A stretch of 64,000 bases of DNA from a virus. This document shows, piece by piece, positions 41,701 to 49,045 of the stretch. The stretch covers positions 10,512 through 74,511 of IMG/VR virus record IMGVR_UViG_3300030430_004661; one strand, written 5' to 3'. Position numbers and translations under genes: made by a program. Positions within the stretch are counted from its first letter, which is position 1. Every line of letters starts with the position of its first letter. The notes below the pieces were generated by a model. That model did not search any database and was not told the DNA's origin. It was given only the letters and a program-made list of their open reading frames with translations.

Positions 41701-43186
41701 TTTGTTTGAGATAACAGCATCAGTCACTGGATCGAAAGAAATAAGAAACATTAGTGCTGCTGATGGTGTGACGTGGTTAGCAACTTCTTTTCACGGTATA
41801 ACTGGTGGTACTCCTGTTGAATTTGAGTCCGGCATACTAAATGTCATGGAAAGACTAACATCTAGCACAAGGCAGAAAGCTGTAATATCTTCAAGATTCT
41901 CTGCACCCGGAGGTCCTGAAGTACAAACTTACGGATACCTAGACGCCTACGCTCAAGAATACTCTGTGTATAACTCTATGAATTACAGGAATTTTAGCGT
42001 GAGAGGCTCCGGCAGTGGTGAAACTGGTACGATAAGAGTCAACTCTCATGCTCAAAGGCGAGAAGGTTTGAGGTCGCTCCTATCTAGACATTGTGGAAGA
42101 TTTGGTCTCGATTCTTCCCACGGCGGAGCAGATCAAACAGACTATGTATCATCAGCATCTGTTGGTGGAGGATACGAAGCATCTTTCCACAAAGTGCATA
42201 GAAACACCCTCACCAGAGCAGTGATTGACAAAGCACTTCGAATGCCTTCAACATCAGATTCGATAACAGGAGTTATCACAGGAGATGTACAATCAACTTA
42301 TCCAAGTTCTGGCAACTTATCTGTTTCATTTTGGGCCAAGTTAGATGAAGACAATTCAGTCGACTCCAACAAGTTTATTGTTGAAGCCGATGACAATTCA
42401 AATAACAACGTTTTTATAATAGATTTTTTTGAAGGTTTTTTAAGAGTGAAGTACTTTCAAGGCGCCGGAGGAGGCTCTACGGATAATATATACAGATTCG
42501 ACATTAGTAATGAAACTTCTTGGACTCACTATGTTATCACAATAAACATAGACCAAGCACAAACAGCACCCACAGGTTTTGTAAACAAAGCACCAGTTAC
42601 ATTTACAAAGCAACAGGGTGATCGCACAGGTAACATAGGCACCGTCGCTGGTCGCTTGGCATTGATGGGGAACGATGCGGTTTCAACCTTCTCCGAATTA
42701 CAAGGATCTCTTCAACATTTTGCCTTTTATAATAAAGAATTGTCTCAAGCAGAAGTTAACGAGATCTATAATTCTAAATACTTAGTGAACACTTCTTTAG
42801 TGGGGAGCATAATCGACTATTGGCAGTTAGGAAACGAAAGTGAGTTTGATAGCTTTAACGAAGGGAGCGCTGTTACCAATGGATTAGGATTTGAAGCAAC
42901 CATAGGATCCACCTCCTTAGCGATTGATGAGAATATATTTATAAGTAAAGGTGTTGGACCTCATCATGTGGATAAGAAGAATAACTTCTACGTTCAATCA
43001 ATCTTGCCTCAATCTGACTACAATTATAGTTGGGTAACTTCTTCTTTGGGAAGTATTTACTCTGTTAGAAGTGGAGTTCAAAAAGTGTATGGATATTGGC
43101 CTAGAAATGGAATTTTATCTTCCTCTGTAGGTTTTGATTCTGCTATCACTTTTCCCACAGCCAGTACTGATATAAAAGGGAGTTAA
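32753..43186 (+). CDS. Giant baseplate/tail-appendage protein with multiple LamG (concanavalin A-like) domains (3477 aa)
   Basis: At least five LamG-like modules (FTxxxW, WHHY, YIDG, D..IWN..L..EV..YN). Confidence 0.8.
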   Translation: MSIKRPAIFKSANSASVKIESPNLITRKMQERETFVPPIDFSSASNFVRFGSAKEYYAESIKRIYTNYPYDGSAKEKLVFELSSSFLDRYVLNQLYPKSKGSARFGYDSHVVINRGFQEATTDFTQSLSNLFRNKNVPHDTSKRRKQTFFFNFDDGFTFEWWMRKGGWTNASETLFEASSSQGFLKIMLSGSDDGTGPVRFYASSSTEIPLTSLASSTITTASVGDGTFHHYALTLFRSASSIVSNFYIDGVSNNRITNHTDITNITDMITGFLGSGSYGLLSASVDDFRFWNKKQSSEKIYYYYKTGVDGGASTDDYRKELGVYYKFNEGITNTASVDRIVLDYSGRIANGYWNNYVAANRSTESGVPNEVGDFIVRSNHPEVVGLNTRLETSGSQYDSSNSMSLYDLVPAWIREDDEASNSELKKLVQIIGSYFDTLFSQIESIVDLKSKRYFQTTDKPLPFSRQLLENQGIVAPEILINKTVLNFFSERDENGVIYERDLEELKNLIYNNIYANIDFILKSKGTYKSYRNLIRCFGVDDELVKLNLYVDNATQYLLDKNSHTSEKTKHINFNNPDRFGASVYQQNTISGSMGAQLEKNLAITAEVEVMVPKKPEQTDSFFFNTPFYTSSVFGLDSVDRDGVQYSSSAFYDNFQVYLVTSPLDPNRAKWMLKQIRHSDSTTVSLLTTDMYADIYNNQRWNIAVKVYPLGYPFAGSFSTSDDPDYTVEFYGVSHNMDEVLHEFKLTSSISGENARSLLSSNKKLYVGARRSNWTGSVLQKSDVKIAAASLYFDKLDDASIKAHNKDPSNYGHNKVFGNPTVFATDITDRHIPAQHSLALHWDFQAVTSSDSAGTFTVEDYSSGSSVGRYNWLENIINAKHQGAGVGFPVSSTKVISNEFIFASKKNLPEISFDSDTTKIMTDKDIYLFEDEDINDNIFIFEKSMYQAISQKMLDMFTSIHEYSNLFAKPIDRYKKDYKKLAHIRRLFFERVSGSMDLDRFTNYFKWIDASIYKFIEQLHPGNAKFLAGINDTVESHILERPKYQHLLPTLTKRDELPEGIVKGTNELRYNWRVGHAPLLPAATGTVTLNNVGIGNFYNTVIRLTDTAGVLKRYILKNTATSDTGTLEDLDPGSGTVSHIVVGIQGLTYQTAVNQLIAAIESQNGHRGSIIATSPSAGVLELKQETGGESGNVDIVAQVTYVDGSTTWAAYGIGTVSGFSGGEDKNNTNCLWQKERKELGSDRHKLRSAIITHTTGTVPSFGDNNRDIYGGSSYALKRFSKPYNFEGTEQVTIHGGTNYARGKDRDFIKPLIYIHGPKSNIGVPLNVVVLGVGEGKGIVGVDSCQDDRNHPLNKPKYGTTAIVGRFSDLDGSSPISSSNLATVTTSNFVYNIKGDKVFPFNLVSGSESTGYNETVFNNYEDNAIITNLHSDTTDATNEIPMQGPFTEQWVGGRQSRHVGLNRHNSTFSSLNKIDGPTNRAEEWRLLFGEHPDESIKDGALGFTGPDYGGPYPDETRPFAIHYRDGRAKRPLNVANIQYGTGSKNIGNYQNSYEIVNTVGRKENNSLFKFLGSTTSFLPGDILSILPQTTNPLNLLRVNYNSRQGNVFGTGESGRINAVRDFALADNLAFKSGSFASGSFVVTGAAQFRTNYTGSFTIQPIPKAGTHSTVTFTATGSTIIERPYSASFTMGTVPRTGKSAYFDYNLSGHASTWDANTVALENFTVSASSDTGSEIFRVFLDKDGNNPNTGDRDLVVPGFRRAVEATGQLIALATADPFTGLNDNDFTVSFWFNNKMADINSSNMIQFADSGSMIHAIYPDDDIRVTIRSSATFKNVDFDANTATAKSGSWHHYVVTMPITAGSSSVPFMYVDGVFLTASQGAQTLGGSSRNVDKMILKIDDGAAFQDIILYNRILTSEEAVSVYNGGSNFDPSTAAFSSNVVSWFKLGEERDWYELGYQLSGTLDDIGGNDDRFFSSSFGTDANKLLVGHAEDQNFRFTKGVGYRDSDDICRFITSSFNSKFGNWTSYYVSGSRHLVNNGSFQINFQSKQKRKYVFTAVDNSTNAGLLTAAGTRGYNAVTGSTLENSSSITIDNIQHTLYHNSASVGESTALTTYTRRPAIYFEPDTQYYLSSSDYRGPDYKNNAITMTAWARRLPNDSDQKFVFSLKSSGGSAIANLRYSNDDFILFTLSENSGSGNLTDTSNVNNVFSSPAVAVGDFFHFGLVLYTDHETTPQFYINGEEKSVTNWEALGGGLSPINELHIGTSFDGTSPFESSLSDLCIWNTALTQDAVREAYNSGSWCDLRSHVSASSIWDWWTLDGTNSGSYVAPGTSRFKPEIGRNMLDVGGQSTGNGLLVQDGIFELREQDNFRQHVRDVIEASTGFTTGQTGSTNITTVNINKMSKTVPPNISETGNTFAITSQMAAGATATRRLAGAVDNEFIQINSVRFQVDSDGANSGDSYAEVGGIYYVYSNYTTASVNTGYWNNLTGAIQAGLPGYTASYLVTAESASFFVRNKDAGANSVSISESGTGDSTFSNGSTHVGQAAVASDLKGGDRLTINAVNFDIAHTTSGSQGVVNSTEINTATSFRKALFWQPTTNGGVWANNQAYTNPDGSKLTISFWANFGNVDGNSKFVLNFLNAAAEATITINTTTTRLAIVVSDNSNENSFAWNTALAANIWKHYTIVIDKNLSNNLVLYIDGVLTAPDLAEQNTTGTLRNIEQVFIGDKSGTSALFEMQGALQDFVIWNTDLTNEDARVLYNSGSWFDIHQHASASLIWDWWLFGQESNIGQTSGSALSSGTAVTSISPTVGRHPLAFNSNADVFVTDGISYVLKDNNTFWSDIAQTISLSSSYSNVSSSFSSTATLTVITSSHSGTLDLNNSISETGTTFGVTNAGTGNGANIAEGRVLGAFDAKSITIGSITFTTDEDASTSGENFTKVGSTYHINTSGSNNAMFWNRISGAIKAEFGDYNTTYTDLANGTALFEITASVTGSKEIRNISAADGVTWLATSFHGITGGTPVEFESGILNVMERLTSSTRQKAVISSRFSAPGGPEVQTYGYLDAYAQEYSVYNSMNYRNFSVRGSGSGETGTIRVNSHAQRREGLRSLLSRHCGRFGLDSSHGGADQTDYVSSASVGGGYEASFHKVHRNTLTRAVIDKALRMPSTSDSITGVITGDVQSTYPSSGNLSVSFWAKLDEDNSVDSNKFIVEADDNSNNNVFIIDFFEGFLRVKYFQGAGGGSTDNIYRFDISNETSWTHYVITINIDQAQTAPTGFVNKAPVTFTKQQGDRTGNIGTVAGRLALMGNDAVSTFSELQGSLQHFAFYNKELSQAEVNEIYNSKYLVNTSLVGSIIDYWQLGNESEFDSFNEGSAVTNGLGFEATIGSTSLAIDENIFISKGVGPHHVDKKNNFYVQSILPQSDYNYSWVTSSLGSIYSVRSGVQKVYGYWPRNGILSSSVGFDSAITFPTASTDIKGS
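39635..41095 (+). repeat. Diverged 66-bp direct repeat at the ends of two LamG modules (39635-39700 and 41030-41095)
   Basis: Both begin TATAACTCAGGATC and end ATATGGGACTGGTGG; encode YNSGSW.D...H.SAS.IWDWW. Confidence 0.75.
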
Positions 43187-43187
43187 A

Positions 43188-46100
43188 ATGGCGACAACAA
43201 TTAATTTAGATTTTGTAGGGTTAAATACACTAGTTAATGAACCTATAACGTCATCTACAAATACGATTGGGCATGCCCTAGGTACAACATCATCCGCATA
43301 TGTCAACACTATTACCATAGGTGATAATGATAGCATCTCTATAGCACATGATGATTACCTAGTCGCTCTAAATATTCATCGTAATGGGCCATACGGAACT
43401 CCTATATTTAAACAATTAAGAGCCGCCAACAATCCGTTGACCAGATACCACAATAGAAACAATATTTTTTCTTATGTTACAGATCAGGGAAGAATTAGAC
43501 AATCATTTAGGAACAACAGAGTTACTAACTCCTTTAGAGAGAGAAGATCAAAGCTTAGGCAAATTGTAGAAACACCTGTTTATGAAAATAAACCAATAAC
43601 CATTGTTGGCTCTGTAACTGAAATAGATCCTAGGACTGGTAAGGAAATCAAACAGCGTGTTGAGATAAAAGCGTCATTTAATAATGAGACACAATACTTT
43701 GGGAATCGCAAAACTAACAGAGAGCTTGAAGCAGACTTCGAGATCGATGAAGGTTACGAACAATTGACAGACTTATATCTAGACGGCGGTTTGGATGCAG
43801 ACGACTCCCCAATCGACGAGGTAGAATTAGTAAAATACGAAACCACGATCTATCCTAGACAAGAAGTAGTGGGAAGAACCAATAGAAGACCGAATTTTAT
43901 TTATAAACCGTGGCACAGTGACAGACAACAACGACAAGATGGACCATTTATAGACACAGGTTTTGGATATTTTATACCATCACAATCATTGTGGCCACTA
44001 GATATTGGTCCGGATGAAAGTGGATTACCTGTTTTAATGCACAGACCTGCACTGCAAGACTCTGCCTCTATTGGGAAAGATCCGGCTGATCATGTAGGAT
44101 TCCAGAAGGTTTCCTCGGAAGGAGACACAACAGTGTTCGATCATTATCCGGGTATCTTAAATTTTTCACCGGATTTTGGAAACGATAAGATATATGATGG
44201 CATAGTCTCTCCTAGGTATGCGTTTTTTCAAACCAATAATTCTACTTCCTCATCATTCAATCCATATGGAATACCTTATGAGGGCAACTTTCCATTGGTT
44301 ACCGTAAAGTCAAACATGATCTCCACTGAAAACTATGAAGGTGCAGCCTTCTTAGCAACAACCTCACCTTTTTTAGGCACCACTGATTCTGTGGTGCTGG
44401 GCGGATCACAAAAATGGGAAGCTCCTAAATTTTCTGGTAGGACTCCTTTTTACGATTCATATGAAGAATATTGTGAATTAATATCAAAACTCGGCAACAC
44501 TTACACGGTTGTCCCAGAATTTATCATGTCTGATTTTGTCGAGGAGTTTTCTAACAAAGGAAAACTAAGCGCTGAGTTGTTGTCAAAAGCACTGTTGTCG
44601 ATCACTGGAGGCATAGAATCGTCAGACACAAGTGCTGAAAGAGGATTTTATAAGATTTATTCGACAACTGATTTTTTGAAAAACTTTGACATTATTCAGG
44701 AAGATCATGATGATTTTATAAATCCGTTTAAACTTACTTTAAAATGCAAGTCCATATTAAAATTTCTACCGTACGAAGGGTTTTACCCAGTCGAGAGAAC
44801 AGTAGAGTTGTCAAAAAAGTTCTTTAAACATTATTCTAAAAATCTTATTTATGAAAACTCTAGAAACACAGATAATCCTCACACGTCTTCTGCTGGCCAC
44901 TTTCAAGCACAGATGAATGCTCTATTTGCACCGGGAGTGCTTTTTAATACAATTAAAAGCGGAATGGCATGTGACTATCCTATAAATACTGATTTCAAAT
45001 CTGCGTTTGACTTTAAAGTTGAAAATGGTGCCAATCCGACAAAGTATGCTAACTATGTTAGTCATAGCACCAGCTTTGCTAGCAAAAATAGAAAAGCCAG
45101 AATAAAATTGTCAAATTCAGACAGACTTTTGTATACACCGGACTTTCAGCCATTTGTTAGATCAACAGCATCTGGTAATTCGCAACCAATTAAGATTTTT
45201 GCTGACTCTAGACTTAGACAATTGAGTTTTGCTGGTAACAGCTCTGAGGATGAATATCTAAGCTTAAACGATGGCACGGTTACTATAAATTTTAACGAAA
45301 GAGTGCCTTTTGAAGCAATAATAACTCCGGGTGAGTTTTTGAGAAATAAAAAAATATCATGCATAGATTCTGACAGTGCCATTAAGCGCGGATCTTCAAT
45401 AATGACGGCTAGAGATAACAAAGATTACATAAAATTTGCATCTAACTTTTTAGCAGAGGTTGGAGACTTTTTTCTAGAAAATAAAAATTACACCACTTTA
45501 GCATCCTTACCACAGGAAGACCCTAACTTCGGAAATGCAAAAGCAGGTAGAAGATATATGATGCGTTTAAAAGTTTACAGGTCAATGAGTGGAAGCAAAC
45601 CCCTGCAAACATCCAGCTTGGGTGAATACTCTGTCCCACAAGATAGCGGAGATATTAGAGAGACATTTACAATGTACAGTAATCCAAAAAACTTTGGTGA
45701 GTTAAAGATACTAGATAGCCCATTAGGCAACGATACTGAGCCCCAGTCTGAGTCAGACACCTTATACAACAACTTTACAGATGATTATGAAAGCTTTTTG
45801 TCGGATAATGAAAGAGTGGGTGTGCCATTTGATAATTTATACGAAATAAATCAATGGAGGTCTTTTGTAAAAAACGATCTTGCTTTTTCATATAAACCGG
45901 GAAGGTATTGTTTTAACTCCGGTTCAGGAGCGGAAAACTTTCTATTTTTCTCAGGGTCCTATTGTTCAGTTGGTAATGATATCACTCAAGGTGAAAATTT
46001 TCCATACACTCCTCCATATTACCATGGGGAAGCATGGGCAGACTTTACATTTTTAGCAACAGAATCCAAGAAATATACCCTTGCAGAAATTCTAAACGAC

Positions 46101-48083
46101 ACGTCGATTGAGTTTTATAGGTATTATTGTGAAGACGTCCCACTAAATGCCGAGTCCGTGGGTCAAATAAAAACCAGCAGGGTTTTTGATACATCAAAGC
46201 TGTCTTCGATGACTAAGATATCTTTTATGTTCCCTAGACAATACGCTGCGATTGGAACAGGCATCGGGCCTTTTGCCAGTAGTTCGAATGTTGCTACTAC
46301 TTATAAACAGACCATAGTTTTTGCGTCCGCTTCTTTGTTTGCTGGGACACCAAACAACAATGAAATCTATATAAATTATCAAACTTCTGGTGATTTGCCT
46401 CTATTGCATGCAACGCTTTTAGCAAAAGCCATCAATGGAACAGCTGATGGTGATATCAAATTCGGAACTATGTCAGGTAGTGTTTCAGGGATTCATTATT
46501 TTACTGCTAATGTTGATGAGGTACATACTGAAAATCAAGACGTTAACGACTCACAGGTAAAGTATGTGTCTTTAACAGGTAGCAGTGCTCTTGGTGGCTA
46601 TGGTAATCGTAATATTGAAACTTTACCCACTATAACTTGTGATAGGGACAATGTGGTATATAGAACCGTAACCGACACAGATGCTTATGATGAAGACAGT
46701 GACAGAATGAATGTAAGAACTGGACTTGTTTATAAGAAAAATTTAATTAAAAACTATAGAATGATTAATGAACAAGCGATGCAATTGGCATCAAGTGTTA
46801 ATTTGTTGTCTAGGGGAGTCCTCACAGATGATGACTTACTAACTCAAAACGGTATAGTCACCTCTTCACCCGTAGACGTAGACACAGATACACAAAACTC
46901 TTCTAGGTGGATAATACAGTCTAAATTTGAAACACCAATGTTAAATTTCAATCACATGAGGTTTGATCAAGTTCACCAGCAACTTATTTATTCAGCATCT
47001 GCTACAACTATTGGAATGTGGCACCAGTACGGCTTATTACCACAAAGTTCCTCTGAGGGAGTGTTTATGCAACTAGAAGCAGTACCAGAAAATTGGATTC
47101 AAAATGTTATGGGCGGTGAGCAGAATGCAACAGGTTCTTTACTAGATCTTTGCGGCTTCAATAGAAACCCAATAAGAATGGGAGAAGTTGCAGACTCTAA
47201 AATAGTTAAAGAGGCGATTGTTGCCGTTCCGTTTTTACCAAGAGGCGGACAGAGAAAGTTTTTTAATTTAGATCCAAAAGACGTTAGAAATGCTCAAGAT
47301 CCAGCAAGACAAAACCTTGTCGGCGAATCTGTCTTAAATCAAATTAATTTAATGAAAGATTTCGTATTTCCACCCTCAATGGATTTTATCACGAACAACT
47401 CTGTCGACCCTTTTGCAATGTATATATTTCCTTTTGAGCACGAATTTACCAAACAAGATCTCTCTTACATTTGGCAAGGACTATCACCAGATCTGGGTAT
47501 CAGCCATAAGACATCTGAGTCAACGATATCACATGAGTTATTGTTTCATGAATTGTTGGGTAGAGGCGCCATATTAAAGCCCGGAAACAACACTGAAAAA
47601 GAGCTTGTAAAAAATGCTAGATTTAAAAAAATAAATAGTAGAATTAGATGGATGGTATTTAAAGTCAAACAAAGGGCAAATACCAATTATTTTGATAAAG
47701 TGTTTGCATCAAATGAAGCATCAAGACGCAAGGCAAGAAGACAAAAAAGAAAAATGAGGAGATTGAACAGACTACTGGAAACAGATCCCATTCAATATAA
47801 TTGGCCTTATGATTTCTTTTCGCTTGTGGAGCTAGTTAAGATTGATGCCGAGATTGATTTTGCCAATCCGGATGACGACCTAACACAGGACAACAGAACA
47901 GTGATCAGACCGAGAGAAAAAGTTCCACGACCACCCGGACCAACAAAAGAAGAGAGACTGGCGAGAGCAGTGCTTGGAGAGCCTCAAGAAGAAGAGCCGG
48001 CGATTATTTCAGAAAGCGTTAAAAAATCCAATCCAAAAGGCGGTAAAACAAAGAGAAAGGAAACTCTTAGGAGGAAGAAGTAG
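43188..48083 (+). CDS. Large putative virion structural protein (1631 aa)
   Basis: Structural module context; rich in SGS/SAS motifs; basic C-terminus. Confidence 0.65.
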   Translation: MATTINLDFVGLNTLVNEPITSSTNTIGHALGTTSSAYVNTITIGDNDSISIAHDDYLVALNIHRNGPYGTPIFKQLRAANNPLTRYHNRNNIFSYVTDQGRIRQSFRNNRVTNSFRERRSKLRQIVETPVYENKPITIVGSVTEIDPRTGKEIKQRVEIKASFNNETQYFGNRKTNRELEADFEIDEGYEQLTDLYLDGGLDADDSPIDEVELVKYETTIYPRQEVVGRTNRRPNFIYKPWHSDRQQRQDGPFIDTGFGYFIPSQSLWPLDIGPDESGLPVLMHRPALQDSASIGKDPADHVGFQKVSSEGDTTVFDHYPGILNFSPDFGNDKIYDGIVSPRYAFFQTNNSTSSSFNPYGIPYEGNFPLVTVKSNMISTENYEGAAFLATTSPFLGTTDSVVLGGSQKWEAPKFSGRTPFYDSYEEYCELISKLGNTYTVVPEFIMSDFVEEFSNKGKLSAELLSKALLSITGGIESSDTSAERGFYKIYSTTDFLKNFDIIQEDHDDFINPFKLTLKCKSILKFLPYEGFYPVERTVELSKKFFKHYSKNLIYENSRNTDNPHTSSAGHFQAQMNALFAPGVLFNTIKSGMACDYPINTDFKSAFDFKVENGANPTKYANYVSHSTSFASKNRKARIKLSNSDRLLYTPDFQPFVRSTASGNSQPIKIFADSRLRQLSFAGNSSEDEYLSLNDGTVTINFNERVPFEAIITPGEFLRNKKISCIDSDSAIKRGSSIMTARDNKDYIKFASNFLAEVGDFFLENKNYTTLASLPQEDPNFGNAKAGRRYMMRLKVYRSMSGSKPLQTSSLGEYSVPQDSGDIRETFTMYSNPKNFGELKILDSPLGNDTEPQSESDTLYNNFTDDYESFLSDNERVGVPFDNLYEINQWRSFVKNDLAFSYKPGRYCFNSGSGAENFLFFSGSYCSVGNDITQGENFPYTPPYYHGEAWADFTFLATESKKYTLAEILNDTSIEFYRYYCEDVPLNAESVGQIKTSRVFDTSKLSSMTKISFMFPRQYAAIGTGIGPFASSSNVATTYKQTIVFASASLFAGTPNNNEIYINYQTSGDLPLLHATLLAKAINGTADGDIKFGTMSGSVSGIHYFTANVDEVHTENQDVNDSQVKYVSLTGSSALGGYGNRNIETLPTITCDRDNVVYRTVTDTDAYDEDSDRMNVRTGLVYKKNLIKNYRMINEQAMQLASSVNLLSRGVLTDDDLLTQNGIVTSSPVDVDTDTQNSSRWIIQSKFETPMLNFNHMRFDQVHQQLIYSASATTIGMWHQYGLLPQSSSEGVFMQLEAVPENWIQNVMGGEQNATGSLLDLCGFNRNPIRMGEVADSKIVKEAIVAVPFLPRGGQRKFFNLDPKDVRNAQDPARQNLVGESVLNQINLMKDFVFPPSMDFITNNSVDPFAMYIFPFEHEFTKQDLSYIWQGLSPDLGISHKTSESTISHELLFHELLGRGAILKPGNNTEKELVKNARFKKINSRIRWMVFKVKQRANTNYFDKVFASNEASRRKARRQKRKMRRLNRLLETDPIQYNWPYDFFSLVELVKIDAEIDFANPDDDLTQDNRTVIRPREKVPRPPGPTKEERLARAVLGEPQEEEPAIISESVKKSNPKGGKTKRKETLRRKK

Positions 48084-49045
48084 TGTCATTTTTCAACAAT
48101 AAAGAAGATGTGTTACACATAGAACTCACACCACTCGGAAGACAAAAGCTTTCTGAGGGTAGACTCATGCCGGCATATTATTCTTTTTTGGATGAGGATG
48201 TGCTTTACGATCTTGGTGCCGCTAACTCTAGTGAATTAAATCATCAAGTGAAAGATAGAATTCTAATTGAAACTCCGTACCTAAAGCCACAAACAAACTT
48301 CACAGACCTTGAGGCCAAGATTGTTGAAAAAACACCAGACCTTACTAGTGACACGATTAAGTATAACTTAAACACTATGGGTACATCAAAAAACGTTGAT
48401 GACTTCGCTCCAACATGGGAGATTGTATTTCTCAAAAACGAAATAGTCGATTCGGCTAGAAACCTATCGTCAAGCTATGGGTTTCACCAAGTCCCGCAAA
48501 TAGATTTAGAGATAGAGTATACAATATCAGCAGGCAATATCAACATTGATATAACAGACTTAGGAACGTTTGGTAGTCCCAACTTAGCACCAGACGAAGT
48601 CTTTCCAGATGGCACATATTTAAAGATCGAAGAAGAAGAAATTCTTGCTAGGATCTTAGAAAGAAATGGTTTTCTTCATGGAAAGTCTATACAAGTTGAA
48701 GCGTTTAAGTTTGACAACCCAACATCAGAAAGGTTGATACCACTTACGTTTTTAAAAAGACAAGAGCTTATACAAGGAGATATTTTGGTAGATCAAGAAG
48801 AGATCGAGCTCAACCCAGAAAGAACACCACAGAATGTGGAGTACTATTTTGATTTTCGAGTAGACAAGGAAATACCAATACTAGAAATATGCAAGGGCAT
48901 TGGTAAACTAAATAGCCAGAACCCGATATCAGATTTTGAAATAGTGTGTCCAGATATTAGAAAACGCAACCCGACAGATATTTATGGTAGTAACATTACA
49001 GATCAAGATATAGAAGACTGTACAACGAAAGAGGAGTGTGACTAA
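48083..49045 (+). CDS. Putative structural protein
   Basis: N-terminus (IELTPLGRQKLSEG...F.DEDVLY) resembles that of 54174..55127. Confidence 0.6.
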   Translation: MSFFNNKEDVLHIELTPLGRQKLSEGRLMPAYYSFLDEDVLYDLGAANSSELNHQVKDRILIETPYLKPQTNFTDLEAKIVEKTPDLTSDTIKYNLNTMGTSKNVDDFAPTWEIVFLKNEIVDSARNLSSSYGFHQVPQIDLEIEYTISAGNINIDITDLGTFGSPNLAPDEVFPDGTYLKIEEEEILARILERNGFLHGKSIQVEAFKFDNPTSERLIPLTFLKRQELIQGDILVDQEEIELNPERTPQNVEYYFDFRVDKEIPILEICKGIGKLNSQNPISDFEIVCPDIRKRNPTDIYGSNITDQDIEDCTTKEECD

